Notes under the pieces: generated by a model
Seen by the model: only the letters and a program-made list of their open reading frames with translations
What the model was told of the DNA's origin: nothing
Databases searched by the model: none
Made by a program: the position numbers and the translations under genes
Shown here: positions 1-10,957 of the stretch, in pieces
How the letters are laid out: every line of letters begins with the position of its first letter
Position numbering within the stretch: the stretch's first letter is position 1
Origin: a virus
Reading direction: 5' to 3' (one strand)
DNA length: 64,000 nucleotides
Virus record (IMG/VR): IMGVR_UViG_3300035703_000072
Span: 5,881 to 69,880 of that record

Positions 1-1669
1 AAATTCTTGAAAATGTAGCCTTTACAGATTTAATTACTGTTGTAAAATTTGATTTTCCATTCGGCTCGTCAAGACCTTGGGCTTCGGAATAGTTGCCTCC
101 TAATTCATAACCCATTTGTATAGCACTGGCATAATAATCAACAGCTTCACTTCTTTTGATATTTTTGACCTGATTAGGCAGCCTAATAGTCACATTGCTA
201 TTGAAAAAATAGCCATAAGGTTCAATTCTAAGCCTTTCTTTGTTGTTGATTTCCTCGATACCCATTCCAACATTATGAACAGCAATACAAGAAGTTATGG
301 CATCTTTAAGGCTTGTTGTTAATGGCTTGAACAGATTAGGGTCTGTTTCTGTTGATAAAGGATATTTATCAAAGTTTCTTATCCAAAATCCATGAGTATT
401 TGCAACGTGCGCTCCTGGTCCATTTTCGGCATAACCTAATTCTGTTCTGCCATAAAATTTTGAGTAAAAAGCATTCTTGCTGGAACTACATATTTCGACC
501 AACCTATCAAGAAGATCATGCGTGAAGATAAATTTTGATTTTGATGGCTCAAAGTGACTGTCCTCTTCAACAAATAAATCACCGTCGAAATCTGTCATTC
601 TTACATAAAATCTTGCTCTGCTTGAAGCATAGTTTTTTAAGTCGGCTTCAAGCAATATTTCCAAAGCAACACTATCACCTTGCTCTACTGTAATGTTTTT
701 TTCAAAATCGGGAATTGAAAGCAATTGATTATGAATATTCAAAACATTGCTATTGTAAACTAAAGCGCCTTCATTAGTTCCGGCTCCAATATGCAACAAT
801 GATATCCTTTCTTTTACGTCGAAATCAATGCTATTTTGATAAGTAGTAAGGTTTATTTTGAAGTAAGCCCAATTCCACTCTGTACTTCCGTTTATGGTAT
901 TGAGGCCGTCATAAATGAATGGCTTTAGCTTAATATTCCTTCCTTTTACGGTTAAATCTCTAGTCCTGTCAAAATCGGCTAAAATCATCATTCCCGCCGA
1001 ACCGCTTTGATCGTTACCATTTGAAAAGCCGGAAACAGACTTCGCTTGTTCATGGGATTGTGAAACTAAATTTAAAGGAAATCCGGTAGCCTTACTTCTT
1101 GTATTACCGTCGTCAGAATAAACACCAAGCGTAACTTCATTTAAATTGTCGTTATGCTCCCATTTTGACTTTAAAAATATTCTTCTACCGTCCAATGATA
1201 CTTCATTGATAAGTAACGGATCCATAGGTTTACCATCCATTGTATCTGGTCGGTCGATTTCAACGCTTTCAGATTCTCTAGCTTTAATAAGCTGTTCTAA
1301 TCCTCCTGAATTGAACTTTATTTGAACCTGTTCATTCTCAAAGTTCCAAGTTGACATATCTAAATAACCCCAATATGTTCTTACCCAACGGTCTGTTCTA
1401 GGGTGCTTTTCGTATTTGGTAAGCTTTAATGATGCGTTGATGCCCAAAACTTCCCGGGCAAAATTAATGTAATCGGCACCGTCCTCAATAAATTTTAAAT
1501 TGTTTGAGAATTTAGGAAATATGCCATGATACTCGGTGTTTCTAGCATATTCTTTTTCGTCATTATTCCATCCGATAGGCTCTGTTATAACCAAATCATC
1601 GAACCCATCTGATTGACAACTTAAAACATACTTTACCCTGTCATTAAAAGCCTGGTTTATATTACTCAT
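1..1669 (-). CDS. Tail protein downstream of tape measure (partial, runs off window)
   Basis: ATG at 1669 overlaps TMP stop (ATGA); reads MSNINQAFNDRVKYVLSCQSDGFDDLVITEPIGW...; N-terminal part and window end read in frame; position after TMP. Confidence 0.75.
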   Translation of the reverse strand, partial: MSNINQAFNDRVKYVLSCQSDGFDDLVITEPIGWNNDEKEYARNTEYHGIFPKFSNNLKFIEDGADYINFAREVLGINASLKLTKYEKHPRTDRWVRTYWGYLDMSTWNFENEQVQIKFNSGGLEQLIKARESESVEIDRPDTMDGKPMDPLLINEVSLDGRRIFLKSKWEHNDNLNEVTLGVYSDDGNTRSKATGFPLNLVSQSHEQAKSVSGFSNGNDQSGSAGMMILADFDRTRDLTVKGRNIKLKPFIYDGLNTINGSTEWNWAYFKINLTTYQNSIDFDVKERISLLHIGAGTNEGALVYNSNVLNIHNQLLSIPDFEKNITVEQGDSVALEILLEADLKNYASSRARFYVRMTDFDGDLFVEEDSHFEPSKSKFIFTHDLLDRLVEICSSSKNAFYSKFYGRTELGYAENGPGAHVANTHGFWIRNFDKYPLSTETDPNLFKPLTTSLKDAITSCIAVHNVGMGIEEINNKERLRIEPYGYFFNSNVTIRLPNQVKNIKRSEAVDYYASAIQMGYELGGNYSEAQGLDEPNGKSNFTTVIKSVKATFSRI

Positions 1670-4600
1670 GGTCTATTCCAATTTATATTTGACATTCTCC
1701 AAATCTGATATCCAAAATCAATTTTGTTATTGATGATAGGTTTGTTTTTTCTAACAGCATCTGTGTTTCGTTTTAGCTCCTCTAATAGTTCGGCGGAATA
1801 ACCCGAATCATTGTTCATTATGATGTAATCTTTAGTTTTTGAACTTTGATTTTCAAGACTTTCAATTATTGAAGCGTTTACATAATCTTCATAAGCGCCA
1901 ATGGAAGAGTGTACCTTTTGACCTTTGGCCAACTTTACAAGGGTTGGTTTGCTTGGAGTAACAATTGGATTTGAACCATCCGGATCAGATAGAACCTCTT
2001 TCTTATATCCGTCCCCAACAATCGCCCATTCTTCCGGACCATCTTTACGACCGGTTTTATATTTTGGCAAAGGAGTGGCAAGTAATGTTGCTAACTGAAC
2101 GGCTCCGATACCTGCATAAATAGCAGCAATTGCATTAGCAGAAATACCAAAGTCAAATTTTGGAACCTGAGCCAATGCAGAGATTACAGCTAATGAAGTA
2201 GCTCCAATAATTTGAGCTGCTTGGGTAGCTTTTTGGAAAACTGCAGCATCATATTCGGCCTTGCGTTTCTTTTTTTCCAATGCAACTCGCTTTCTTTCCC
2301 TTTCGTTTTCCAATAATGTTTTCAAAGCTTCATTGTTTCCAGCGGCTTCTATTTCACGATTGTAGTAATCATCATTGGCTTGAATTTCAGCGTCTATATT
2401 TGATATTTTAGCAGCAAACAAGGCATTGGCAAAATCAAGAAGCGCGTCTCTTAACTGCATCCCGATTTCTTTCATTTGCTCGTTAAACTGTTCTTGGGCA
2501 ATAGCTCTCTCGTCTAAATTTTCCTTAAAGTCATCGGTTTGTAAAGCATTAAGATCGGTTTGCGCCTTAGCGAGTTTGTTTTCGAGCTCTTTCCTTTTTT
2601 CTGTTGAAATCCTTGCGCTAGCTTCTTTTTCAGAATCTGCATTTAATAAACCTTGAAGTTCATTGATTTGAAGTTGGAGCGCTTCTTTTGCTGCGTTCTT
2701 TTTTATTTCAATCAATCTTCTCTGATGCTCTTCTTCCGCTTGTTGAATTAGTTTATTATTGCCATTGGCAGCTTCTAAGGCATTTCTATAAAGAATGTTT
2801 TCAGCATCGAGTGTTTTTTGCATTTTGGTATCTTCTGCCAACAACTGAGCATCAATACCTTTTTGAACTCTGGCCACTTCACTATCAATAATGGCTTGCT
2901 TATCGGTCGCTCCTTTTTCCTCCAATGCTTTTTTCTCAGCATAGTACTTTTCAAGGATAAGCTTTTCCTCGTTGGTAAGTTTCTCGTTAGCAACTTTACC
3001 GGAAATTATAGATTCAATTCTAGCCTGAGCATCCTTTTTATAAATTGCTAGCTTTTCCTTTGACAAATCCTCAAGACCATCTTTTTCAAGTGCATTTCTA
3101 AGTAAATCATACCGCAAGGTTTCCCCATTCTTAGACTCTTGAAGTTGCTGAATTTCAAGCAATGCATTAATTCGTTCTTCATTGGTAGCATTCTCTGAAT
3201 CAATAATTTTTTGATTGTTGTTGATTTCGTTTTGGTAACGGAATTGGCTCAACTGATAAATGGCATCGTTTACTTTCTTAGCGTTCTTCAATCCGTTGTC
3301 TTGCTTTTCTTTCTCAGCTCTAGCAGTAGAATAGATTTGTTCGCGTTCAGCTGTCAATGCAGCAATTTTAGCCTTAATAGCGCGACCTTCTTTTCCGCTT
3401 TTATCCGAAAGACCTTTTACAAGTTCCTCTTGTGCTTTGATTTCAGCGTCTATAACCTCGATTGTTCTTGGGAGATTGGCAACTTTATTATTAACTCTGG
3501 CATCTTCTGCTTTGGCAGTTTCTTTTTCAGCTTGGCTTAGGCCTTTCAAGTCAGCAAGTCTTCCTTTTGATAGGATTGCCTCAGTTTTGTAAACCGAAAG
3601 CTTTCTTTCTTCTTGAGCTATGAATGCAGTTGTAATACTACCTTCTCCTTCGTATTTTCTATAATTTTGAAGAGCTTTTGTTTGAAATTTAATCTGATCT
3701 GCCAACTCTTTTTGAAGCTTTATTTCATCATTGATAGCTTTCTTTTTGTCTATTTCAAGGACTTTTGCATTTTCTTTATTGTATTCTGCTAATAATTTTT
3801 CGTTTAGCTTTAAAGCTTCTCCGTATTTATTTACAGCTGTAACCGCTCCGGGAACTACTTTAGCCAACTCGCTAACAATCCTTTGCATTTCCTTTTGTTC
3901 TTCAGCTGTTAACTTGGTTTCTCCACCTAGTTTTTTAGCCTTTTCTTGAAGCTCACCATATCTATCAGTAAGTTGTTTAGTAGAAGCGGCTGTTTTGGTT
4001 AATTGCTCTCTGTTTTTTAAAAAGTTTTCGGAGCTTTCCTTTGTTCTGGCCGCTGTGACATCAACCGATTCATTGAATTTATCTAAAGCGTAAATAGCTG
4101 ATGCAAGAGCGGTTATAATCAACATAAGAGCATTTGCCTTTAAGGCTGTATTAAATCTTTGCCATGCGGTTGTTGCTCCAGTTGTAGCCACTGTATTAGC
4201 TGTTTGTGCTGCGGTTCCGGCTACTGTTGCTGTCGTATTTGCTGTTTGAGCTACGGTGGTTTCAACAGTGCCCAAGGCTAAAAGCTTTTGTTGTAGTGAT
4301 GCGACTACCAAAGCAGCTCTATAAGCTAACCATGCAGTAGTAATTATAGTGAGAACATCAATAATAGTTTTCAAATTCCCGGATAAAAATCTGATTCCGC
4401 CGGATAAAGCAGAACTTGCTCCACTGGCTTCGTTTGTATCGAGAATGTAATCTTCCCAAGCAGAAGAAAGGATTTTCAACTCTGAATCCAAAGACTTCAA
4501 TTGCTTATCGGTCAATGATTTTAAAGCACCTTCTGAATTCTCATAAGCCAAAGTACTTTCGTTGATTTTCTCAGTATTGTTGGCTAAAATCAAACCAATT

Positions 4601-5931
4601 TTACCGGCTTCCGCACCGAATAAGTTTGAAGCCAAGGCCAATACTTCCAACTGATCACTACCATCTTTTTGGGCTTTGTTGATTTTTCCTAAGGCATCTT
4701 CCAAAGTCAAACCTTGATTGGCCAAACGAGCAAATGCGGTTGATGTTAAACGCCCGGCACTTTCTGCCTTAATACCGTTATCGGCCAATGTACCAATAAT
4801 GGCTGCGGTTTTTTCAATTGGAATGCCTAAGGCACGTGCTGCCGGTGCAAGGTATGAGAATGAATCTCTTAAGCCTTGGAAATCTAAAGCGGAACGGTTG
4901 GCACTTTCTGCCAAGATATCGGTCACTCTTCCTGCTTCTTCGGCTCCTTCACCGTAGGCGTTCAAAATAGATTTAACCAGTGTCGCGCTATCCTCTGCCG
5001 TAGCCTGTAGGGCAACCGATAAATTGTTAACCGGTTCCAATAGCTTTTCGGCTTCATCTGTAGTGGAACCAAGTTTGATTAACTCGGTGGCCAACTTGGC
5101 TACATCGGTAGCACCATTGATGCTCGACTTGGCAACATCTCTAATTTTGGCTTCAAGCGGAGCGATTTCCGCTCTTGATTTTCCGGCAATGGCTCCAAGG
5201 TTAACCATTTCCTTTTCAAACTCACGAACGGTCACAAAAGCATCTTTCATTACAGATACAAACAACTGTATTCCGGTAACTACTCCAAATGCTTCTATCA
5301 GCTTTTTGATGCCTTCATAAGCCGCTTGGGGATAATTACCAACATTACGATTGAACTGTCCTACCGCAGCGTCTGCTGCTCTTACACGGCTATTTAATTT
5401 GTCAAACTCAGCTTGGGCTTTAGCAAGGCGTTTGTTATATTCTTCTTGGGATTCAGAAGCTAGTTTACCGGTAGCGATAATGTCTTTTACTTTGTTTCCG
5501 GCCAATGTAACCTGGGCGGATAATTTCTTGTATGAGCTTTCAAGTAATCCGTTGGCGATGGCTTGGCGCTTGATTTCAAGATTGGTTTCCGCAAGCAAAG
5601 CACGCTCTTTAATCAACGCCTGATTTGTTGATTCTGTCGCAAGCTGGTTTTTTCTTTTGGTGGAAATTAAATTCTGTTCTAATTGGTCTTGCTCTTTCCA
5701 TATCTTTAAAGCGCGTTGGCCTTGAGCATTGGCTTTAGCAGTAGCTTCTTCCAATTCCTTTTGGGTTTTGGCTAACTTCAAACCGTTATTGGCATCGTTC
5801 AAAGCAATAATAGCTTGAACAAACTCTTTGTTTTTCGATATTGCTCCTTCAAGATTGGCAACGTAATCTTTCCCCCAAGAAAGAGCGTCGTCTGAGATAA
5901 TATCTCTTCTGGTGATGGTTCCTTCTGCCAT
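1666..5931 (-). CDS. Tail tape measure protein A (TP901-type core)
   Basis: 1421 aa, Ala-rich coiled coil, RNVGNY motif, TP901-like core, hydrophobic segments, C-terminal PKYKTG..EWAIVGDG. Confidence 0.93.
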   Translation of the reverse strand: MAEGTITRRDIISDDALSWGKDYVANLEGAISKNKEFVQAIIALNDANNGLKLAKTQKELEEATAKANAQGQRALKIWKEQDQLEQNLISTKRKNQLATESTNQALIKERALLAETNLEIKRQAIANGLLESSYKKLSAQVTLAGNKVKDIIATGKLASESQEEYNKRLAKAQAEFDKLNSRVRAADAAVGQFNRNVGNYPQAAYEGIKKLIEAFGVVTGIQLFVSVMKDAFVTVREFEKEMVNLGAIAGKSRAEIAPLEAKIRDVAKSSINGATDVAKLATELIKLGSTTDEAEKLLEPVNNLSVALQATAEDSATLVKSILNAYGEGAEEAGRVTDILAESANRSALDFQGLRDSFSYLAPAARALGIPIEKTAAIIGTLADNGIKAESAGRLTSTAFARLANQGLTLEDALGKINKAQKDGSDQLEVLALASNLFGAEAGKIGLILANNTEKINESTLAYENSEGALKSLTDKQLKSLDSELKILSSAWEDYILDTNEASGASSALSGGIRFLSGNLKTIIDVLTIITTAWLAYRAALVVASLQQKLLALGTVETTVAQTANTTATVAGTAAQTANTVATTGATTAWQRFNTALKANALMLIITALASAIYALDKFNESVDVTAARTKESSENFLKNREQLTKTAASTKQLTDRYGELQEKAKKLGGETKLTAEEQKEMQRIVSELAKVVPGAVTAVNKYGEALKLNEKLLAEYNKENAKVLEIDKKKAINDEIKLQKELADQIKFQTKALQNYRKYEGEGSITTAFIAQEERKLSVYKTEAILSKGRLADLKGLSQAEKETAKAEDARVNNKVANLPRTIEVIDAEIKAQEELVKGLSDKSGKEGRAIKAKIAALTAEREQIYSTARAEKEKQDNGLKNAKKVNDAIYQLSQFRYQNEINNNQKIIDSENATNEERINALLEIQQLQESKNGETLRYDLLRNALEKDGLEDLSKEKLAIYKKDAQARIESIISGKVANEKLTNEEKLILEKYYAEKKALEEKGATDKQAIIDSEVARVQKGIDAQLLAEDTKMQKTLDAENILYRNALEAANGNNKLIQQAEEEHQRRLIEIKKNAAKEALQLQINELQGLLNADSEKEASARISTEKRKELENKLAKAQTDLNALQTDDFKENLDERAIAQEQFNEQMKEIGMQLRDALLDFANALFAAKISNIDAEIQANDDYYNREIEAAGNNEALKTLLENERERKRVALEKKKRKAEYDAAVFQKATQAAQIIGATSLAVISALAQVPKFDFGISANAIAAIYAGIGAVQLATLLATPLPKYKTGRKDGPEEWAIVGDGYKKEVLSDPDGSNPIVTPSKPTLVKLAKGQKVHSSIGAYEDYVNASIIESLENQSSKTKDYIIMNNDSGYSAELLEELKRNTDAVRKNKPIINNKIDFGYQIWRMSNINWNRP

Positions 5932-6521
5932 TATTTTTTCTTTTTAGTGTTTTGTTTTTCGATTGATGAAAGTTTATTTTTTACTTGGGTTTCAAGAGCG
6001 TGAAATTTTTCTACAGAAATAGTGTAGAAATCGAAATCATAGCCAAGTATCATGGAGTAAGCGCCCATTGTTTCAATAATTGAAAAATCGGAGTGCTCAG
6101 CCTCTTTTTTTGGTTTTGGTAGTTGATCTACAAATCGGTTTATTTTGATAACGATTGCTTCTGATTCTCTTTCAATGCGCTTTAAATCATCGTTGTAGAA
6201 TTCTTTTCTTAATCTGTAACCGTAACCTTGTAGTAGTTCTATTAATTCTTCATGAAAATCAAATGAAAGCGCATCTACAGCGCATTTTATTATGGTGTAT
6301 TTTTTTTCCAGATACTCAATTTCCTTGTACAGATTGAAAACCTTAGAGGTTTTTTGCTTGTTATACCTCTGGTTGAATTCTTCTTGAATAGAAATCCAAA
6401 TAGCTTGTAATTCCTCTATTGAGACTTCTTCATCTGCAGAACACAATAGATTCAAATCACCAGTTTCCATGATGTCTAATTGGATAACTTTAGGCAAGGT
6501 TCTTAGGTTCTTGTAAATCAT
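5931..6521 (-). CDS. Putative tail assembly chaperone
   Basis: 196 aa acidic helical protein immediately upstream of TMP; positional inference. Confidence 0.45.
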   Translation of the reverse strand: MIYKNLRTLPKVIQLDIMETGDLNLLCSADEEVSIEELQAIWISIQEEFNQRYNKQKTSKVFNLYKEIEYLEKKYTIIKCAVDALSFDFHEELIELLQGYGYRLRKEFYNDDLKRIERESEAIVIKINRFVDQLPKPKKEAEHSDFSIIETMGAYSMILGYDFDFYTISVEKFHALETQVKNKLSSIEKQNTKKKK

Positions 6522-6967
6522 AGTAAAAGTTGTTTTTTGTAGTAATCGATAATGAAAGGCTTAAATCTTGTTTCAATAACTTGGTTTAAGTTTTCCTCAG
6601 TAAGACCGAATAAATCAGCAGAAAGCCAATTGTCAGAGCTTAGGATATCATCCGTTTTTGGATCAGTTGAACCAAAAAAGAAAACATCATTATATACTGT
6701 CATGTAAAACTTATCGAGAAACGAGCCGGTGTCTTTTGCATTGAAAGGTTCTCCCGCTCCTTTGGCACCTCCTGTGATTATTTCGGTGGCTTTAGAATAG
6801 AATCCGATAGCTTTACCGTGTATATCCTGACTATCCTCGTTTAACTGTTTTTTGTTTAAACCAATAAGTTCCTCTCGCAATGTTTTGATGTAATCAAACA
6901 AAGCTTTCGACACCAATTCGGGGTCTATTTCTTTGGCTCTTTCTAGTTGTTTATCGAAGTTTGACAT
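6518..6967 (-). CDS. Hypothetical virion morphogenesis protein
   Basis: 149 aa, DTGSF motif reminiscent of tail-completion/neck proteins; tail operon. Confidence 0.4.
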   Translation of the reverse strand: MSNFDKQLERAKEIDPELVSKALFDYIKTLREELIGLNKKQLNEDSQDIHGKAIGFYSKATEIITGGAKGAGEPFNAKDTGSFLDKFYMTVYNDVFFFGSTDPKTDDILSSDNWLSADLFGLTEENLNQVIETRFKPFIIDYYKKQLLL

Positions 6968-7038
6968 GATATTTTTTAAGCAAAAAGAGGACTAAACACC
7001 TTTTGAGTGTCGTCCTCTTCTACAATAAATTTGAATTA

Positions 7039-7233
7039 CTATTGCTTCTGGTCTTTGGCTAGCTTTTTATTGTGATCAATTAATTCATTGAACACCTTTT
7101 TAAGCTCGGCCAACTTTGTTTTAGGCTCTAAAGCTTTGAAAACCCAAACGTTTTGAAACTCTGCTTTAAATTGCTCGAATGTACCGTTCCAATCTTCTGC
7201 GAAAGCGATACCCTTGTGTTTATACCTTGGCAT
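7039..7233 (-). CDS. Hypothetical protein
   Basis: 64 aa ORF after major tail gene. Confidence 0.5.
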   Translation of the reverse strand: MPRYKHKGIAFAEDWNGTFEQFKAEFQNVWVFKALEPKTKLAELKKVFNELIDHNKKLAKDQKQ

Positions 7234-7243
7234 GGCCTAAGTA

Positions 7244-8125
7244 TTAAACGATTCCGGCAATTGTTAAAGCTCCGGTACTTTCGTAGGTAGCTTCGGTTTG
7301 TTGCACAACACCGTTAAGGTTGATGTACATTCCGTTCTCGAATCCTGTGCCGGTTAACTCGTAAACACCGTTGGCATCAGCAGCCACAAATGTGTGAGTT
7401 TTTAAAGTTCCGTCTGCATTGTAAAGTTTTACGTTTGCATCTTCCAAAGCAGTTACAACATCATCACCAGCACAACCGGCAGAAGCAGTAAACTTGATAG
7501 ATGAAGACGTTGGAGTTCCTGATAATGCCAAAGTAACATCGAAAATACCTTGTAATTCGATGTGCGACCAAGTTGGACGCAATACTACCGGACCGTTCTC
7601 AAACTCTTTGTAGTCTTCGTAAGTAAGCGTTACCGGAGTGTATTGTGGTTTCTCGTCGGTAGCATCTACCATTTTACCTACTTCGATGGTTACCAATTGA
7701 CCGCGAACTTTAGTTCCGTCAACTGTACAAGCTTTGATTTCCTGAGCATCGGTGAACTCATAAACACGCATTTTCTTACCGTGGTAAGATGCCAAAGCTC
7801 TGTGAGAACAAACACCTAAATGGCACTCAAAAGTTCTTACCTTTTTACCATTTTTGGTTTTGTAACGTTTACGAGCTTCGTAATACGTGTCTTCGGTATC
7901 AGCAACTGCCAATTGCTCAATTTCGTACAAAGGAATGATTTCCTTTGCTGCTTCGGCTGTTCTCCAAGTGGCCAAAGTCTTAGCTGCAGTTGCAGTCGAA
8001 AACTCTTGGTCTGTTGGAGCTAAAGCGTGTCTAACTACCGGACCGTTTAAGCATTGCTCCTTGGCTCCGGTGTTTAATGTCGATGCGTTGTCTTGTGCGC
8101 ATTCTACGATTCCGTATTGTGACAT
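7244..8125 (-). CDS. Major tail (tube) protein A
   Basis: 293 aa, beta-rich with Ig-like C-terminus, position after head-tail genes. Confidence 0.65.
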   Translation of the reverse strand: MSQYGIVECAQDNASTLNTGAKEQCLNGPVVRHALAPTDQEFSTATAAKTLATWRTAEAAKEIIPLYEIEQLAVADTEDTYYEARKRYKTKNGKKVRTFECHLGVCSHRALASYHGKKMRVYEFTDAQEIKACTVDGTKVRGQLVTIEVGKMVDATDEKPQYTPVTLTYEDYKEFENGPVVLRPTWSHIELQGIFDVTLALSGTPTSSSIKFTASAGCAGDDVVTALEDANVKLYNADGTLKTHTFVAADANGVYELTGTGFENGMYINLNGVVQQTEATYESTGALTIAGIV

Positions 8126-8137
8126 AACTAATGTTTT

Positions 8138-8674
8138 TTAATGGTTACAATTAAATGTGTATTTTAAAATTCCGTTGATTGAAAAGGTGTGAAATGGCTG
8201 CATATCATTTTTGAGAATGTTGTCAAGGTTAAATCCTTTCAATACATTGGTCAATCCTTTTTCAATCCCGGTAACTTCGATAGTTTTTATTCTGTTCAAA
8301 AGCTTAATGCATTTTTCTTGAACTTCTGCATCAACTCTATTGGTGGCATTAGGATATAATACATCCAAATTAAGCATGAAAACAACCTTTATCTTGGCTT
8401 CAAACACAACGCCATCGTTGGTAAGATGCTTCTCGTCCTCTTCGATGAAAAAAACATTTCCGCCTTTAGCCTTTTGGTCGTTGTAATAAACTTCTTTTCG
8501 CTCGCTTTTGGAGATATGAACTTCCGGAAGGTAAGTTCTTTTGTCGCCAGACAAAACTCTTAAAGCCCTACCGTAAAAATCAACATTTTGAAAGCCCAAA
8601 TGTTCGCTCAAAACATTCTGAGTTAACAATATTTTTGCGTCGATTCCTTTGGATGGATATTGATTGTAATTCAT
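8138..8674 (-). CDS. Putative tail terminator/completion protein
   Basis: 178 aa directly upstream of major tail gene; positional. Confidence 0.45.
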   Translation of the reverse strand: MNYNQYPSKGIDAKILLTQNVLSEHLGFQNVDFYGRALRVLSGDKRTYLPEVHISKSERKEVYYNDQKAKGGNVFFIEEDEKHLTNDGVVFEAKIKVVFMLNLDVLYPNATNRVDAEVQEKCIKLLNRIKTIEVTGIEKGLTNVLKGFNLDNILKNDMQPFHTFSINGILKYTFNCNH

Positions 8675-9261
8675 TACCAGGCGTTTTGCGTATCAATAGT
8701 TGGTTTGACCGGAAATATTCTATAAGAAGCTGTTTTTACTGCTCTCTCGAACTTTTGCACAAGTCCTTTTGCTACTAATGCTCCTGAATCATTTCTGAAT
8801 CCCTCAAGTTCCAATTTTAGATTAGACATAGCAAACTTTGCGTTTCTCTCCAATAGATTGCTTCGGGATGAAGCCATGAACATTTCAAGAACCATCATTG
8901 CTACCTTATAACCTACTGCATCGTCAAATAAAACAATATTGCTTTCTATGACTGCATCGTAGCCTACTAATGGTTGATAGTCTTGGTTTTTATCCATTAT
9001 CAAAGGGAGAACCTCGCGAGCCGCATTTATTCTAATATCTTCAAGAACCTTATTGAAGTCTTCACCATCACTTGAACCGTAAATTTTATCGGTGGCAGCT
9101 AATATGTTTTCAACGGTAACCAATGCATGGAACGCGTTAAAAGTTCTGCCTGATTCACCAGTGGAGTTGCCTTCCACTATATCAATAGGGAAGGCTTCCT
9201 CTTTAGGTGTGCCGAATCCGATTCGATTGGCAAGTGATAATATGGTTTCTTCAGAATACAT
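8674..9261 (-). CDS. Putative head-tail adaptor
   Basis: 195 aa helical protein directly after capsid gene; positional. Confidence 0.5.
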   Translation of the reverse strand: MYSEETILSLANRIGFGTPKEEAFPIDIVEGNSTGESGRTFNAFHALVTVENILAATDKIYGSSDGEDFNKVLEDIRINAAREVLPLIMDKNQDYQPLVGYDAVIESNIVLFDDAVGYKVAMMVLEMFMASSRSNLLERNAKFAMSNLKLELEGFRNDSGALVAKGLVQKFERAVKTASYRIFPVKPTIDTQNAW

Positions 9262-9270
9262 TAAACCTTA

Positions 9271-10554
9271 TTAAGCTGATTCAACGATGTTAGCTTCGAA
9301 CACAAGGATTTGCTCTTCGTTCAACGCATCGATGTACTTAGCTAAAGCAGCATCTGTATTTGTTGATTTCGCAGTAGTTTTTCCAGTAGCTAAGTTGATA
9401 GCAGCGATAACTGATGCTTTGGTGTAGTCAGTGTCTTTGTAGCTGTAAGCACTATCACCTTCTGTTTGTGCGTCTAATGAAGCTGTAGCTTCCTCACAAT
9501 TCATCAAGTAAATTGAAGAAACGTTGTTGATCACCGGCAATGCTAATGCTTGAGAAGATGTGAATTCAGAGAATGGCTCTTCTGTACTCCATTTTTTCAA
9601 TAAGATGAAAGAACCAGATTTCTCATACATCACTTTTGGTGATTTACGAGTTTCCTCGGCCAAGATACCGTAAGCTAATTTTCCAACTTTTGGTGAAGTC
9701 AAGAAGATTACGTTATCAGTTGCCCATGGTGTATGAACAGTTCTTACGCCGTCTTTCTCAGTGGTAACAGTTCTATCAACAACAATGATTGTAAGCCCAA
9801 ATTTACGCTGCATCATAGCGTTCACTTGCTCCAAATCAGGAGTTGGAACATTAGACCCAACGAAGTTTTGAGAAAACGCATAATTCTCACGTGTTTGTTG
9901 ATTAGAAGCCAACTTATCAAAAGTAACATCAGACATCATTAAGATTTTGATACTATCTCCTTTTGCTTTGGCGGCTTTAACGATACGCTTAATGTCGTCG
10001 ATAGGCTTGGCGTTTGCATCAGACCATACAGTTGTTGCACCGTATTTGTTTGAAGCTAAATAACCATAGTCAACTCTTACACCTGTTCCAACGTTGTTTT
10101 CATCTTCAACCAATCCAACACCGGTAGATAAACCTTGCAAGAAAATGAACTCCATTTTCTCGTGGATACCCATAACGGCTTTCTTAGTATCGTCGAAAAT
10201 CTTCTCTACCAAAACAGAAGTTTCAACATTACGAGCTTTAAGCACGTCGATATCAGACATTTGTTTTTCCGTCAACTGTAATTTTAAACCGGTTTTTGGA
10301 ATATCACCAGAGGCGGTTCCAAAAGAGTCTCTTTTTTTCAATGGCAAAGACGAATCTAAAGCCACGATGTCAGCTGCAACAATATTTGAGTTTACGGTTA
10401 AACTCTTCCATTGTAAGTCAACTGAAAGTTCTTCGGTTAACATTTCCTTGTACAAGTAAGTTAACTGAGTTTTTTTACCATTTACTGTCTCTTCAATGGT
10501 TTTAGCAAGCGCACTGAAGTACGCAATGAACTGTACGAATAATGATTGATTCAT
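9271..10554 (-). CDS. Major capsid protein A (lambda gpE-like family)
   Basis: 427 aa, AADIVALDSSLPLKKR..SGDIPK, VDYG, SQALALPVI motifs; follows scaffold and decoration genes. Confidence 0.88.
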   Translation of the reverse strand: MNQSLFVQFIAYFSALAKTIEETVNGKKTQLTYLYKEMLTEELSVDLQWKSLTVNSNIVAADIVALDSSLPLKKRDSFGTASGDIPKTGLKLQLTEKQMSDIDVLKARNVETSVLVEKIFDDTKKAVMGIHEKMEFIFLQGLSTGVGLVEDENNVGTGVRVDYGYLASNKYGATTVWSDANAKPIDDIKRIVKAAKAKGDSIKILMMSDVTFDKLASNQQTRENYAFSQNFVGSNVPTPDLEQVNAMMQRKFGLTIIVVDRTVTTEKDGVRTVHTPWATDNVIFLTSPKVGKLAYGILAEETRKSPKVMYEKSGSFILLKKWSTEEPFSEFTSSQALALPVINNVSSIYLMNCEEATASLDAQTEGDSAYSYKDTDYTKASVIAAINLATGKTTAKSTNTDAALAKYIDALNEEQILVFEANIVESA

Positions 10555-10558
10555 GGCC

Positions 10559-10957
10559 TTAGTCTTGAGTGAAACGGATTAATGGTAATGCTGTTTTTAC
10601 AGCCGACAAAATGGAACTGATTCCATATTTAGAAGCGTTTTTGTTAACTGTTCCACGTACCAATACAGATACAAATGGTTTTGCAGTTAAAACACTCGAT
10701 ACAACAACACCTTTGTAGGTATGGTTAGATGGCAATGAGCCGTAGTTGGCTCCTGAAACCGGCATTGGTTTCAAAACTCCGGTAGCAGTCTCTTCGATAA
10801 CGAGGTGACCGGCAGGGATAACTGTTGGAGAAAACCCAGTAACGTCTAATGTTTTTCCGCCCGGAATTACTTCCAAGTTTGAAACAATAACGATACTATC
10901 GTTTGCTGTGTCAAAGCTATTTTCTGTGTTGTTTAAATTAGCGGTAGTTCCCGACAT
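10559..10957 (-). CDS. Head decoration protein
   Basis: 132 aa, GGKTLDVTG..VIPAGH motif, between scaffold and capsid. Confidence 0.7.
   Translation of the reverse strand: MSGTTANLNNTENSFDTANDSIVIVSNLEVIPGGKTLDVTGFSPTVIPAGHLVIEETATGVLKPMPVSGANYGSLPSNHTYKGVVVSSVLTAKPFVSVLVRGTVNKNASKYGISSILSAVKTALPLIRFTQD

Noticed and set aside
4150-4270. Ala/Thr-rich quasi-repeats
   Set aside because: Ordinary low-complexity tape-measure coding
116-5623. Numerous short plus-strand ORFs here and throughout the window
   Set aside because: Antisense shadows of long minus-strand genes
5931-7233. Programmed frameshift in tail chaperone genes
   Set aside because: No convincing slippery site joining overlapping frames
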